A DNA stretch of 64,000 nucleotides from Eledone cirrhosa (lineage: Eukaryota): assembly GCA_964016885.1 (NCBI GenBank), contig OZ024740.1:359414001-359478000 (forward strand), written 5' to 3'. A program made the translations under genes and the position numbers. Positions 50,066 through 63,747 of the stretch are shown here, in pieces. Below the pieces are notes generated by a model that searched no databases, was not told where the DNA came from, and worked only from the letters and a program-made list of their open reading frames with translations. How positions within the stretch are numbered: the stretch's first letter is position 1; each line of letters starts with the position of its first letter.

Positions 50066-52765
50066 TATTATTATTGTTGTTGTTGTTAGTGGTCGTAGTC
50101 ATGGTCATAGTAGGATTAATACCCCATTATTATTGTTCATTTAGCTTGGGTTTGAATTTATCAATAAAATTATTTTCTTTGATTTTTCTCTTGATTTCCC
50201 TTGAGCTGTGTAATTTGTAGAATGGGAATATTATAAATATTCCCTGACCACATGTTGCTAGATGGTTACTCACGGGTATCTGACGAACATTTGGGTCTCT
50301 GATTTGCTGTCGGTGTACCCGTGCACGTTCTGATAGTGCATTTCCAGTTTGACCGACATATAGTTCTTCACAATTCGGGCATTTAATGCAGTAAATTAGA
50401 TTTCTGCTTTTGCAGTTCATATTTGCATTTGGGAATATTTTTCCAGTTTTTGTTTTCATATATTGACCGGCGTGTATGGATTGACATGTGCCACATCGAC
50501 TATCATTGCATTTAGATACAGTGAATGATTGGTCTTTGTTGTTAAGGTCAAACTTTGCTTTTGTTAGTAATTGCTTCAAATTTTTCGGCTGTCTTTTACT
50601 AAGAGTCGAAGATCGATCTGTGATTAAGCCTTTCAATTCATTACTTTGAGCAATGATCGGTAGGTTTGCTTTGGCAGTGTTGAAGATATTCTGGTGACAT
50701 GGGTTGTGTGTCATTATAAATGGTATGACCAGTTCTTGGTTTCTTCTTCCTTGGGTTGTCCTAAGTTGTTGTATAGGTATTTTTATAGCCCGCTGTATGC
50801 CATTTTCTATAAGTAGAGATGGGTATTTTTGTTTGAGCAAAAATTCTCTTACTTCTGTTAGGCGTTTGTACCTGGTATTCGTATCTTCTACAATGGTACA
50901 AATTCTTCTGGCTAGGCAGTATGGGATGTTGCGTTTTGTATGAGGTGGATGGCACGACTTAAAATTCAGATATTGATGGGTGTCTGTGTGTTTATAATAT
51001 ATATCCGTGGTAATGGTGGTGTCGTTTTTGATTATCATTATATCTAGGAATGGTAATTTGGTACTACTCATCTCTGTTGTGAATTGGAGAGATGGGTGTA
51101 GGTTATTCAGGAGGATATTGAACTCATCCAGAGTATCTAGAGATTCTGTCCAGATGATGAAACAGTCGTCATGGTATCTCTTCCAAGATTTTTCAATGTA
51201 CTTTCTAAAGTCAGTACTATATTTTTTCTCTATTTCTTGGTAGAGTTGTTGTTCTAAGTATCCCATTACAGAGTTCGCGTAAACGGGAGCAAACTTCGTT
51301 CCCATCGCTGTGCCTCTAATTTGGATGTAATTCTTTCCATTGAAGAAGAAAGTGTTGTTTTCCAGAATAAGTTTAACTGCGTCTAATATAAATGGCGCTG
51401 TGAATCTGATGGGAATCACTTCTCTATGTTTTTACACCCAGTATTTAACCGCCTTTATTCCTAAATCATGTGTAATGTTGGTGTAAAGGCTTACCACATC
51501 AAAACTAAATAGAAGTGAATTCGTTTCCGTGGTTTTGGGAAGATGGGACAGGAAGTTGATATCATCCCGGATGAAACTGGGTATGTGAATACATAGTGGT
51601 TTCAAAATAATGTCAACAAAATTGCTTAGACGGTAGGTGGGGCATGTTGGACCAGCTATAATAGGTCTAAGTTTTAAGTCTTTTGGGTGTAGTAATATAA
51701 TGTACTCACTGTTTTGTTCTCTTACTGCCAGTTGTATTTCTTTTGACTTATGAACTTTCGGTAGGCCATACAGGTTGCTGGGTTTTGGCTCAAAATTGGT
51801 GATGTAGTCTCTTTCCTTATCAGTAAGTGAGTTGTGGTATTTTGAAGCCAGGTTGTTGATCTTCTTCATGATGTTGTGGTCTATATTTGACGGTATTTCA
51901 TGATAGAATGTTGTGTCTTTCAGTTGTTCCTCAACCAAATCCTTGTAATATTCAGCATCCATTATAACAAGTGCACCCCCTTTATCTGCTTGTTTAATTA
52001 TTATTGTTTTATCATTTTGTATACGTTTAAGTGCAGACATTTCTGATTTGTTAATGTTTGGCCTGGCATTAGTATTACGTCTAAGAGGAAATTTAGACAG
52101 GATGTCAATGTATTGGTCGAGATAGATATTTCTTCCTTTTGGCGGAGTGAAATTTGATTTATTCTTTACTAGTGATTCATCACTCTCATTACTTTTATCA
52201 GCGAAGAATTCTACAAGACGTAATTTTCGACAGAATTCTTGGGTATCCTCCTTCAGTTCTTGGTGATTATATGTATGTGTGTGTGTATGTATGTCTATAT
52301 ATATATATATACGACGATCTTCCAAGAGCAAGAATGACGGGGTCATTCTACTCACATGCTTAAAGAGGCTGTTTGCATAATTGCAAACGAATCGAATGTT
52401 ATTATTAATATTCGTAAAACTCAGATATACATTTCTTGTATTCAGCCATGTAGAGCGATACAATTAGTTATAATATATCTGTCAATAACCACTTAATGCG
52501 GAGCAGTGTGTCAGTAAAATTTGTACTGCACTGAACTCAATGCTTTATAATATTTAACCTATATTTCTTTATATTCTGGCACGAAATGTCACTGGGATCA
52601 ACTTCAGTATTTTATCTCTCAGGAAGTAGGTAAAATGAGTAAGTACCGGTATCGATGCAGTTGATTCTATTTCTCCTCTTCTAGTGTAGAAATCTTAATG
52701 TAGTTAATTTTAGACATTGGCACTTTACACACACAGAGAACTCGCACGCAGACACACTCGCACAC

Positions 52766-52841
<76 letters not shown>

Positions 52842-52957
52842 GTGTGTATGGGGGGTGCGTGCGCGCGTGTGTGTGTATGTTGTAAATGTATAGATAGAAA
52901 GAGAAAGACAGAAACAGACAGGCATATTACAAGAAAGAATAACAAATATATAGATAA

Positions 52958-53029
<72 letters not shown>

Positions 53030-53151
53030 GTAGGTAGATGGATGATATCCATCCCTGCTACATCTTTATATCTAGTTCTCCCTGTCTCTTTCTATTATTC
53101 GTCATTTATAATTTGATTTATATTTTCCATTGCAATTATTTCTCAATACAG

Positions 53152-53277
53152 GATATATCATGTTAATTGGTTGGATTTTTGCCATAACTGTTGCTGCCAT
53201 GCCTCTTTTTGGAATCAGTAATTACCAGAAATTTGCTATATGTCTTCCTTTTGAAACTGGCGATGTCTTTTCACTTG
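53152..53277 (+). CDS. Internal exon of the LGR (bursicon receptor-like) GPCR, TM4-ECL2
   Basis: CAG acceptor at 53149-53151; GTAAGT donor at 53278; 126 bp, phase 1/1. (G)YIMLIGWIFAITVAAMPLFGISNYQKFAICLPFETGDVFSL; the Y.KFAICLPFE motif resembles LGR type B receptors. Confidence 0.93.
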
Positions 53278-53344
53278 GTAAGTTCGATTTATACGTAGAC
53301 TCTTTTACATTGTAATGTTCAAATGTTGTGTTTATCCTCCATCA

Positions 53345-53655
53345 GTTCTGATGATGGGTGTTCCAGTTGTTGTTTGAAGAACTGAATAGCCTGCTCGTGA
53401 AATTAACGGGTAAGTGGCTGAGCATTTCACAGGCACGTGTACCATGTATGTAGTTCGCAGGTGTATTCAACGTGACAGTGTGTGTTCGCAGGTGTATTCA
53501 ACGTCACACTGTCACGTAGAATTTTTTTTCAGCTGAGTAGATTAGACATCATGAAATAAACTCTCTTTCTCGAGGACACAACGCACCACTGAAAATCAAA
53601 CTCGCACTCTTAAGATTGTGACCCGTACACCATAACCAGTAAGCCATGCATCTTC
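53345..53655 (-). mobile_element. Decayed CORE-like SINE
   Basis: gttccagttg..gcctgctcgtgaaattaacgggtaagtggctgagcatttcacag is the reverse complement of the 56010-56090 tail. Confidence 0.6.
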
Positions 53656-54583
53656 ACCATGTTCAAGTAACAGTCAGTCTATCTGCTACAATCTTAGTTT
53701 TGCTTTTGTACACAGTTTTCAGACTACTAATAATTAGAATGTTATGGAAATCTACACCTAGCTAACGGGTTCACATCCAGCCTTTATAGTAAATATAACA
53801 GGATAGATTGTCATGTAACTATAATTATCCATATAATTAATAGAAAAAAAATCTCCCTCTAAGGTGTTTAAAATCTAAAACAAACAGACAAGGGAAATAT
53901 CTCCTTTAAAACCAATTAACATTTTTGAAAATATAAAAATTGCAATATGGGATTGGATTTGTCTTTTGGCCAATTGGTAAACGTAATGGATATATTTCGA
54001 TCATATTAAACCTCTACAGTGAAGTAACTTCATCTCAGCTGGCAGGACAAAAAAGAATTAATGTACAGAGAAATAGAATGATTGTTGTGGCACTGATTAT
54101 GAATATTTATAATATGGCGAAAATATTAACCAGACCGATCTAATTTTTTGTTTCGATGTCTTGAACTCGCTACTTAAGAAAACACCTAAATAAACCACTC
54201 AAGAAGACACTTAAACAATTTGATACCTGTTATTGAGCCAACATGAGGAGGGGGTTTCTTCATAGACGTTTGAAAAACAAATATAATAGTATTTTCAAGT
54301 AATGATGAAGTTATGTTTATCATTAGGCCTACCTAGGCTGTACGACAAACAAACCATTTATTGAAACACCAGAAAGTTTTCTACAGCCAGCAAATAGTGT
54401 ACCATAAATTTTCTCTATCACATATGGTTGTGGCCACCCAACAACAGCAACAACAATAACATCCTTAAACCAAATGGTGAGCTTCTACTTGCTAAAAATA
54501 GCTGCGAAATGTCATTTGAATTACAAAAAAGGAAAGGCATATTAGACTATGTAGTCCTGAACATACAAACATGTGACATAATA

Positions 54584-54766
54584 ATTGTTTCTACTATTGG
54601 TACAAGGCCAGAAATTATTTCAGTGTATTGCTGGTACTTTATTTTATCGACCCCGTAAGGATGAAAGGCAAAGTTAACCTCGGCGGGATTTGAACTCAGA
54701 CCATAATGGGGTATAACTCTATACTGGAAAGCATTGCATCCGACCCTCTACCGATACTGCCAATCC
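54584..54766 (-). mobile_element. Meta-like SINE
   Basis: Family consensus blocks; TSD (c)ataataat. Confidence 0.8.
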
Positions 54767-55794
54767 ATAATAATGACTGGAACACCTTTAATCATATTCT
54801 CTACGAAGGCTGGCCTTTATCTAAATAACATTACATTCTAATTCAGCCTTTCACTGGGATAATGTATATAATATTGTTTGTTTTCTACCTTTTCATATTC
54901 TCCTTTCATTGTTTCTAAAAAGAAAAATATCACTGACACTCAATCTTTTGTGAGTCATTAATCACTGAAACAGAGAATTAGAGAATCGAACCTGCGTTGC
55001 AAAAATACTCTTTGGAAACTTAGCAGAATGTTATGGTGTACGCAGATTTTCATTATCATTACTCCCTAAAAATAACAAAAGAAAGAAATTTGATAACTTG
55101 CCAAAGAAACGTTAATATGATACCATAAATAAATAAGTGATTTGGCATCTGTTACAATGAATTATTCAGCAAGTATTTATGTACAGATGTCTATGTATTT
55201 AGCTAACCTCTCGTTATAAGTTATACACGTTTGCTGAATCTCATCCATGATATTTGATAAAGATAAATATACAATTATATTTAAAATTTGAGAATAAATC
55301 TTCGTTTATTATCGAATTCCCAGGAGACTTATTGATTTAATATTGCTTCTTGGTGGAACCCTTGATGTGAAATGGCCTCACAAATTCATTTCCCTCCATC
55401 CATTACATCCAACAAGATTTTTACCAGACTTTTTTTTCATTAATTTCTTAAATAACTGGTCTAGTATATGAGAAACTCCTCGAGTTATGTAGATGAAATT
55501 CTCTTAACAATACGAAAGCAAAGTATCTTAAATTGTCCATTTTTTTTGGTTTATAAATTTGCTATTTCAGCAAATTATTTGGATAGTAAATCTAGCGCTA
55601 TTCAAATTCTAATGTAATCCTTAATATATTAAGGTATAAGTGTATAGCAACACAATTTCCTTCAAATATTAGTGGCTACGATATAATATTGTGTAATATA
55701 TATTCAACTGACCAAAATATATACTGACAGACAACGTGTGTAGAGAAAAGTTTCCTTATATATTCATACGTTAACTTTTCGGTTAATATTGAGT

Positions 55795-56110
55795 GAAATG
55801 GTTACGAAGTTGGCTTCGCAATCATTAGGTCCCGGTTTTGATCCCACTGTGTGTTATCTTAGGCGTGTGTCATTTACCATAACGTCAGGTCGATGCAAGC
55901 CTTGTTAGTGAAATTAGGTAGATGGAAACTGTTTGGAAGCCCAACAGATGAAGTGTACATGTAATTCACTTGTAAGGGTACTTGTAATTGACACTCTGTC
56001 ACGTTATAAGTCCACGTATCTGTGGAATGCTCAGCTACTTGCGTGCTGATTTCATGAGCAGACTGTTCCGTGATCGAACAACTGGAACATTCATTTGTCG
56101 AAACCGACAG
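55795..56110 (+). mobile_element. tRNA-derived CORE-like SINE
   Basis: tRNA-like head (tggttacgaagttggcttc..ggttttgatccc), CORE-like middle, and a tail shared with several other copies in the window. Confidence 0.65.
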
Positions 56111-56599
56111 AGGTCTATTGAACTGGGTAAAATATTTCGTCCAATTATGTAAAGGATTGTGAAAAAAGTAAACATGAAATGTTTCCCTACATTTCTAGAA
56201 GAAGTAGAAAAGCACCGGATTAAATGAATTTAATGTTTAATTTTAATTTATTTCAAATTCTGTCGGTAGTCACTTCATTTCATTGAACTCAAAAAAATAT
56301 GCACCAATAATATAGTGTGATCGAATAAATATTTACCAGAAATTTTATTATACCACTCGTGTAGTGTTAATATGAAAAATGATACAAGAACTAATAATGA
56401 AATACGAAAAATATCGTTAATAAATATGATTAAATTAAAACATAGTCGCATTTTCAATATAAGTTTGAAAGAACACCTGTGCCCGGTGACAAACACACAC
56501 ACACGCACACATACATTCATACAGACGTACATACATACATACATACATACATACATACATACATACATACATACATACATACATACATACATACATACA

Positions 56600-57194
56600 T
56601 GGTGGCTGCCAACTCGTTTTCGAGTACGGCCACTACTTTATATCCATGTAGGAGAACTCCTACCGATGCGCTGAACGAGTGTGACTTTTTAGTTCAGCCA
56701 GCGACTTGAAAACTCTGGTACAAACACTACACTTGTGACAATTATTGACACATAGTGCTGGGCCCATGGTACCATGTGACGACAAGTGCAGAGAGATCTC
56801 CAGATATAAAGCAATGCCTGTGCCGTGAAGCTTTTATAGTGAGAAAAGGCACTGCACAAAGCCAGTCCCACTCTCTTAACCAAGATGATATTTACCAAAA
56901 AGAAGAACACTTCAACATCATTGGATACCATCAGGGTTGCAGGTGTTATATCAGAGTTTTCCTTCTCCTAGAATTCTGCCTTGACAAAGGCTAAGGGGTC
57001 ATCTCTCCCGGTGATTTTGGATGGCCATTGACTCTCAAGAGCTCCTTTGCCCTTTGACAGGTTTTGTTTTTAGTCCTGCAGGATGTCCAAAGTCACCCTC
57101 TTCACCAAGAAACCTTGGTGAGGTTGCCAGTTTAGTCGCCAACGACCCGACCATGAGACAGGTTGTACTGGGATACATGTTACCAGTTACCATG

Positions 57195-57195
<1 letters not shown>
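56600..57195 (-). mobile_element. Second copy of the about 600-bp repeat, in (TACA)n
   Basis: Reverse complement of 4437-5036. Confidence 0.8.
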
Positions 57196-57225
<30 letters not shown>

Positions 57226-57239
57226 CATACATACATACA

Positions 57240-57271
<32 letters not shown>

Positions 57272-57451
57272 CTTATATATATATATATATATATTTATTA
57301 AAATAACAGATTCAAGTTTAAGCAAAGAATCGCTGCTTTCATATATATATTCATATATATATTTATTTGATATATATTTATCCTTATCGAGCCCTCTTTG
57401 GATTTTAGTCTTCAAATTTATTATTATTACTATATATATATATATATACAC

Positions 57452-57490
<39 letters not shown>

Positions 57491-57565
57491 TGTGTGTGTT
57501 TGTTTGTGTGTGTATGTGTGTGTGTGTATCATGAGTTATTTTCCGAAGAAAAGTTATTATATATA

Positions 57566-57636
57566 CTAGCAGAAAAACCACCCTTCGGGTGGTTTTCTAC
57601 TAGCATGTGTAGTGTGTATATTGATATTATACGCAG

Positions 57637-57679
<43 letters not shown>

Positions 57680-58411
57680 GATATGATACATCAAATAAAA
57701 TCGTAATTGACAATATATAATACATAGAAATTGAACGAAGACTGCGTTACACTGTCTTATTTAATCAGTAACGTAATCCATGATACATTAAAATAAACGA
57801 TATTATATATAAACTGCATTAGGAGAAAATTAGTGACACAAAATTAGTATGTTTATTTAAGCGATGGCCAACCGGAAGTGTTGACATTTCAGAAATTTTA
57901 AAGAAGTGAATCTTTAAATAAACAAAATATATTTAATCAACAGCCACGAAATTTAGTAGATAAATTATCTAATATTCATTCATTATTTATCGGTGGATTG
58001 GCAGTATCGGTAGAGAGTCGGACGCCATGCTTTCCAGCATAGTTACGTCCCTTTACGATCTGAGTTCAAATCCCGCCGAGGTTGACTTTGCCTTTTTCAT
58101 CCTTACGGGGTCGATAAAATAAAGTACCAGTAATGCACTGGGTGATTGCTGGCCTTGTGCCTAAAGTAGAAACAATTATTTATTCAATGTAAGGATGAAA
58201 GGCAAAGTTAATCCCGCCGAGGTTAACTTTGCCTTTCATCCTTACGGGATCGATAAAATAAAGTACCAGTAATGCACTGGGATGATTGCTGGCCTTATGC
58301 CAAAAGTAGAAACAATTATTTATTCAAAATAATCCAACTTATTTTACTAATGGGATAAAAAAATTATAAACCGTACGCGGTCCCGCGCTCCTTACTTTAT
58401 TATAGTTTAGA
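57566..58411 (-). mobile_element. Non-autonomous Helitron (same family as 5058-7553) with two SINEs inserted
   Basis: Minus strand 5' tctaaactataataaag; 3' near-perfect hairpin ctagtagaaaaccacccgaagggtggtttttctgCTAG|T. Confidence 0.72.
57991..58314 (+). mobile_element. Two tandem Meta-like SINEs (subfamily B, then a 5'-truncated and inverted copy)
   Basis: 57991-58174 is near full length. 58189-58211 is an inverted internal piece, followed by the 58212-58314 3' half. Confidence 0.85.
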
Positions 58412-58417
58412 TAGATA

Positions 58418-58612
58418 TATAACAAAGAAAGTGTGCTAAGATAACTGGTGAACCATAACGTACCAGAGTACTCTATACTTAGGGTGGTAGAGTGGGTAAT
58501 AGGAAAAGAGTCAAGACCCCGACGGCTGAGCTCCGGCCATTTAGACAGCTAAATCCAAACTCGGATCTAGGTGTTGAAATGGCCGGAGCTCAACTGTCGG
58601 AGTCCTGACTTT
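58418..58612 (-). repeat. Diverged fold-back mini-element from a related PLE terminus
   Basis: Arms at 58509-58556 and 58563-58610; tail homologous to 37082-37225. Confidence 0.75.
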
Positions 58613-58820
58613 ATATATATATAAGTGGTACCACAACAGTTAGTTCACCATACCGAGAACAATTGTTTCACCTTAGTGGATCTCAGCTTTATGTGAAATA
58701 AAGTGTCTTGCTCAAGGACATAACACATCGTCCGGTCCAGGAATGGAACTCCCAGCCTCAAGATTGCGAATCCAATTCTCTAACCACTCAGCCACACGTC
58801 TCCACCATATATATATATAT

Positions 58821-58870
<50 letters not shown>

Positions 58871-58892
58871 GATTATAATCGATTATATATAT

Positions 58893-58942
<50 letters not shown>

Positions 58943-59557
58943 ATTCGTGTGTGTGTGTGTGCATTCGTGTGTGTGTGTATGTGTATGTTTGTGTGTGTGT
59001 GTCAAACGATAAACAAAAGGTATAGAAATAAGATTCAGCAATGTACTTACAAGCTTGTCACACCAGCCTTTGACATTCGGAGCCACTGAAGGAGACTGGA
59101 TTCAGAAATATAAATGGAACCCCTTTAAATCACACTTTAGTGCCTGAAATATCATAGAATGATACATTAATCAAAATAGTTCTTAACATAAAAAGACAGG
59201 ATGCTCACGGTCAAAACACATTTGATCATAGAACCGCTCGATCATCAGAGATAAACTAGGACTAAACGATATAGTCATATAAATTAGTTCACTTCTACTT
59301 CTTTTCCTTTTTACGCAGCGTTTTGTTGTTTTGTTTTTTGTTGTTTTTTGTTGTTGTTTTATTATGTTTTTTTTTTTTTTACTATTTTTCTGTTGACTTT
59401 CTTTAGATGAATTTGGCATTTTAGAAAATTCAATCGATATATGAAAAAGAAGTTCATTAGCCTTGACAATCTTTCTTTTTAAATTACGACATCTAACAGA
59501 TGTCAAAACAAATTCTCAAATTATAGAAATAAATACTAAAGACATTATACAAATAAT

Positions 59558-59721
59558 TGTTTCTACTTTCGGCACAAGGCCAGCAAATACCCATTACATT
59601 ACTGGTACTTTATTTTATCGACCCAGTAAGGATGAAAGGCAAAGTTAACCTCGGCGGGATTTGAACTCAGACCGTAAAGGGACGTAACTATGCTAGAAAG
59701 CATGGCGTCCTACCCTCTACG
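59558..59721 (-). mobile_element. Meta-like SINE, subfamily B, 5'-truncated
   Basis: Family consensus blocks. Confidence 0.8.
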
Positions 59722-59828
59722 ATAAACAGTGTAAATATATGTTTTGTTTGGCATTCAGTTTAGTTTGTTTGTCGTTGTTTTCTTCGTAAACGATGGTTAG
59801 AATTTCATTTCCTGTTGCCGCTAATAAT

Positions 59829-60047
59829 GGTTTCTCATTTAGGCACAAGGCCAACAATTTGGGGAAAAGGAAAGTTGATTAAATCGACCCCAGTGCGTTA
59901 CTGGTACTTTATTTTATCGACCCGGTAAGGATGAAAAGCAAAGTTAACCTCAGCGGGATTTGAACTCAGATCATAAAGGGCCGGCCGTAACTCAATGCTG
60001 CAAAGCATAGCGTCCGACCTTCTACCGATACTGCCAATCCACTGCCC
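59829..60047 (-). mobile_element. Meta-like SINE, longer-tail variant
   Basis: Family blocks; 17-bp TSD tgttgccgctaataatg. Confidence 0.85.
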
Positions 60048-61399
60048 TTGTTGCCGCTAATAATGATTTCTTCTTACTTTGACATACATTTATGCAAATT
60101 AGTAGGAAAGCTGTCTAGTAATTTTGAACCAGCTCTACTTATTATATGTTTAATTTATCGACTCTCTAGAAAGGTATAGAGAAATTAGTCTCTCCTCACT
60201 AGCCTCCCAATATTAAGTTTTATGGATTTCAAGATTGTCTCTTTTGCCTTTGACAAAAATTGTCATTAACAATAAGGATATATTTCTTTATATTTCTGTA
60301 TAATTTTAATTGATTAAAAAAATTCGTTGGGCCCATTACATTATCCCCACTTAAATAAATGCAATGAAAAGTAGACAACGTTGAACTATTTTATTGTCTG
60401 AAGACGAAGTTCAATCGTAATCGAGCATGCCATAAACCAAAGATATTTTAACCGTAATCATCCTATCTTTTTATACATCCATCATAGCAATTTCCATTGT
60501 GGCATTTTTAATATAGCGGGGCGGGGTGGGATTTGAGCATATAAAGCTGCTGTTTCTTTCATGTAGCGTCTTTCGCTTCCTTTTGCTTCGCGTTCAAGAC
60601 ACAAATGTCTCTTGAAAAGTACGAACATCTCGATTTTAAGTTTTTTCTTTCCTATATCTAGACAAACTTTCTTCTTAGGAAAGAAATAATCAATAATAAG
60701 GCAATGTGGTAGATAATTGACCAGATTATCGATTATGAAGTGCGTATTTCATGCTTGACTTCTTTAGGAAAGTAATTATTGTGAATTAAGGGTTCAGAGA
60801 TCTTATTTCGATTTCATAGTTGGTAATACTACATATAAAAGGCATGGGTGTGATCATTTCACTTCCCACGCTATTCGAGTTGAGTTAATTAATTACTGGT
60901 GAATATTCTGAAATATATTAACCATATCTAATGACGTTGATCTTATCGAATACGGAATAGATATGAGTCTAAAAACTCTGAAACATTGTTCATATTGCTC
61001 ATATATGCCTAATATATACCATCAAATACACGACCAAAACTACAAGTGACAATGATTTTATTCTATGGGTTTTCAAATGGTTCAATTGCTTCAATTGCTT
61101 CAGTTCTCATTCTAGTCTCTTATTAAGAACAGTTTCTTGCCTGCGGAGAATTCGTTACAGACCCACGATCATTGAATCTAAATTCTTTGAATACTATTGT
61201 TATCCAAACAAAAATGAATTTGAAACTTATTTCAGCTCTGCCCTTATCCTCTTTTATGCGTAAAATATCTTAAGAAAAAAAATAGGCTTCAGTTAATTTA
61301 TGAAAAGAAAGTTTTGAATATTACAAAAGACTAAATACATATACTCTTATCAGAACATTATATATCCAAATCAATAAGCTGTCTTGTCACAAATTCGGC

Positions 61400-62340
61400 A
61401 ACAGAACCAGATAGCTTTTCAGATCTCCTCCCTAAATCCTGCAAATCTAGCCTTACTAATTCTCGTAAAATACTCTATAGGAGCTGTTTAGACCATGAAC
61501 GGCTACCAAGAACACAGAAGACGATAACAACACTGATTCATGAAGATGATGAAGAGAATTATATACAAGACAATAAGATACTATTTAGATAAATGAAACA
61601 TTTTAAACAACATTCGACATGGTTTCTAACCCGGAGGAAACTGACACAAATATTGAAGAACTCGTTATTTTGGACAACGGCCAACTGTGTATACCTTGAA
61701 TTTTCCAAAGCCTATGACAAGGTCGTTCGTGGAATATTTTGTCACTATCTGTAAAACGTTGGCATAAGAGGAATTTTGAACATTTGGATCTCTGATTTTC
61801 TGAAACACCGCTCAATTGATCATGAAAATGTCCGAAAAGACTGAAATAATAAGTACAATACCACAAGAAATCGTTTTGTGACTTATTTTGTTCTATATAA
61901 TTTTGTCAGATATAGCCAAACATAATCTACAGCTATGCCACACAAAGCTGATATTGAACATCATGATAAGCGACGTTTATGTATGTATTCCAACAAAACC
62001 TAGGTGCTGTATTTGACTGAGCTAATGAAAATAATATGTCATTCAAAATTACAATATTTTATGTCCCCCGTCCCCGTCGCTATTACAAACGAAAAATATC
62101 TAACTATCTTATTCTACTTTGTACAAACAGGGAACAGTTCAAAACTCTAAACACGTTTGAGATCTGGCTGTAGCAATGTCTGCAGAAGCCTCTATCTCAG
62201 AACAAATCCACAAATTTTTAACAATCTACGACGGACTCAGAGACAGTGTGTTGAGATCGTTTACGATGAGAGACTCGAAATTTTGAAAATCTCTTGTTTT
62301 GAGCAGGTTAGACTACAGCTCACAACTTTGGTTTACTTCT
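61400..62340 (+). mobile_element. Ancient CR1-like LINE RT remnant
   Basis: VYLEFSKAYDKV at about 61688-61724, a decayed PQGSVLG-like segment, and a terminal YDERLEILK. Confidence 0.5.
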
Positions 62341-63132
62341 AATTCAAACCTTACCTACTAATTGGTGTATATGGTGTAAGGGTGTATATGAGCCAGTGTG
62401 TGTGTGTGTGTACAAGCACTCGTGTAGGGAAAGAGCTTGTTTGTGTGTATAAATGTGTGTTTGTGAGTGAGTGTGTATCTGTGTGTGTACATATGGGTAC
62501 GTGTATATGTGTGTGCGGGGGGTGGGGGTATATGTATATGTCTGTACATGTTTGTGTGTACGGGCATATATACGCGTGTGCATGTGTATGCACATGTATG
62601 TGTGTGTGTGTGTTGATGTATATAGGCATGTGGGTATATGTCTGTGTGTATAAGTGCCTCTCTGGATGCATGTATGCGTATATTGATATGTTCTCCTTAA
62701 ATGTGTGTGTATAGCGGGCGTCTATGCGTACGACTGTCATTATCTCTGTGCTTGTGTGTGTGTGTGTGCGCGCGCGCGTGGATGTGTGAACAACCAAACA
62801 CATCAGTAATTTATTGAACTGTAGCAGACATGGGACAGCTAACGCCCTGATGGTCAGCGGACAGGTACCTGTGGTCAGAATTATGATGACGTCGACAACC
62901 AGCGGCCAATCACAGGACGCGCGAAGAGGATGAAGTTTTTGACGGTACTGGCGCAGACGGTCAGATACCCCAGTGAGAGAATATGCTCCGAAATCATTAA
63001 ACGTGTCCGTCGAACCTGCGGGTCCAGAATCAGACAGATCCGCAGAATGATCGCGTCTCGAGCTGTTCGCCGGGGAAACAATTGTAACACACAATAAATT
63101 GAGGTCAGATGCATCACTAATTTTTCGTTTTC

Positions 63133-63164
<32 letters not shown>

Positions 63165-63165
<1 letters not shown>

Positions 63166-63747
63166 ACTTTCTTTTTATTTGCCACCAGGGCATCAAAGAG
63201 TGGGACAAGTACAATGGGGTGAGTTTATATAAAAAGGCGTCTTCACTAAGGAGGAGGCAATAACAAAATATAAAAATATAAAATATAAAATATAAAATAT
63301 AACGAAAATAAATGGAATAACAAAATCCTCAATAGGGAGGAGGCGCCTTGGGGGGGTCGCACCCCCCCCCCCCGAAAAAAGTGTGCAACCCTTCTCCTCA
63401 GGAGCACAGAGAGAAGGTGCTCCCTTGATCTTTCATCTTTCTCACCTACAGTCTGATGTAGTGTGAAGGCCCATTCACACGGGCCATTCTCGCCACTTTC
63501 ACCCATCTTTCATAGAAACAGCTGGGGTGCAGCACCTCTCTCTCTATCCTGATCCTTCTTCCGAAATGATATCGGAAGAAACGGACCAGTTGTTGGCCAG
63601 AGAGAAAGGTGTCTGACCTCAGTCCTTTCAGATGCGTCCACCATACAACCTCTTTCGCCATGGCTATTACGCACAGAAACACCGCCTTTCCTTCGTTTTT
63701 GAAGAGAGGAGGCGGCTTGATCGTTACAATAGACTCGGTGGTCAACC
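63165..63747 (-). mobile_element. 3' fragment of the Tx1 family, copy 4, in (TA)n
   Basis: ORF 63446-63745 is homologous to the ORF2 C-termini of copies 1-3; (TA)n on both sides. Confidence 0.88.

Larger units (their letters stand above)
49425..52268 (-). mobile_element. Young 5'-truncated Penelope-like element (possibly Naiad-like); RT plus GIY-YIG ORF broken by one in-frame TAA
   Basis: ORFs 51432-52463 and 50130-51419 are in the same frame. Motifs: IIKQADKGGA, YGLPKVHK, FDVVSLYTNI, GTAMGT, KRYHDDCF, CNDSRCGTC, LIYCIKCPNC..YVGQT and KPKLN. Confidence 0.93.

Noticed and set aside
51420-51434. Selenocysteine recoding in the PLE ORF, as reported for some Naiad elements
   Set aside because: The in-frame stop is TAA, not TGA, and is most simply a nonsense mutation.
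53130-53315. Standalone 61-aa ORF
   Set aside because: It is the LGR exon 53152-53277 plus intronic read-through.
53345-53405. CTGATGA...GAAA hammerhead-like spacing
   Set aside because: It lies within a CORE-like SINE tail, and helices I and III cannot be formed.
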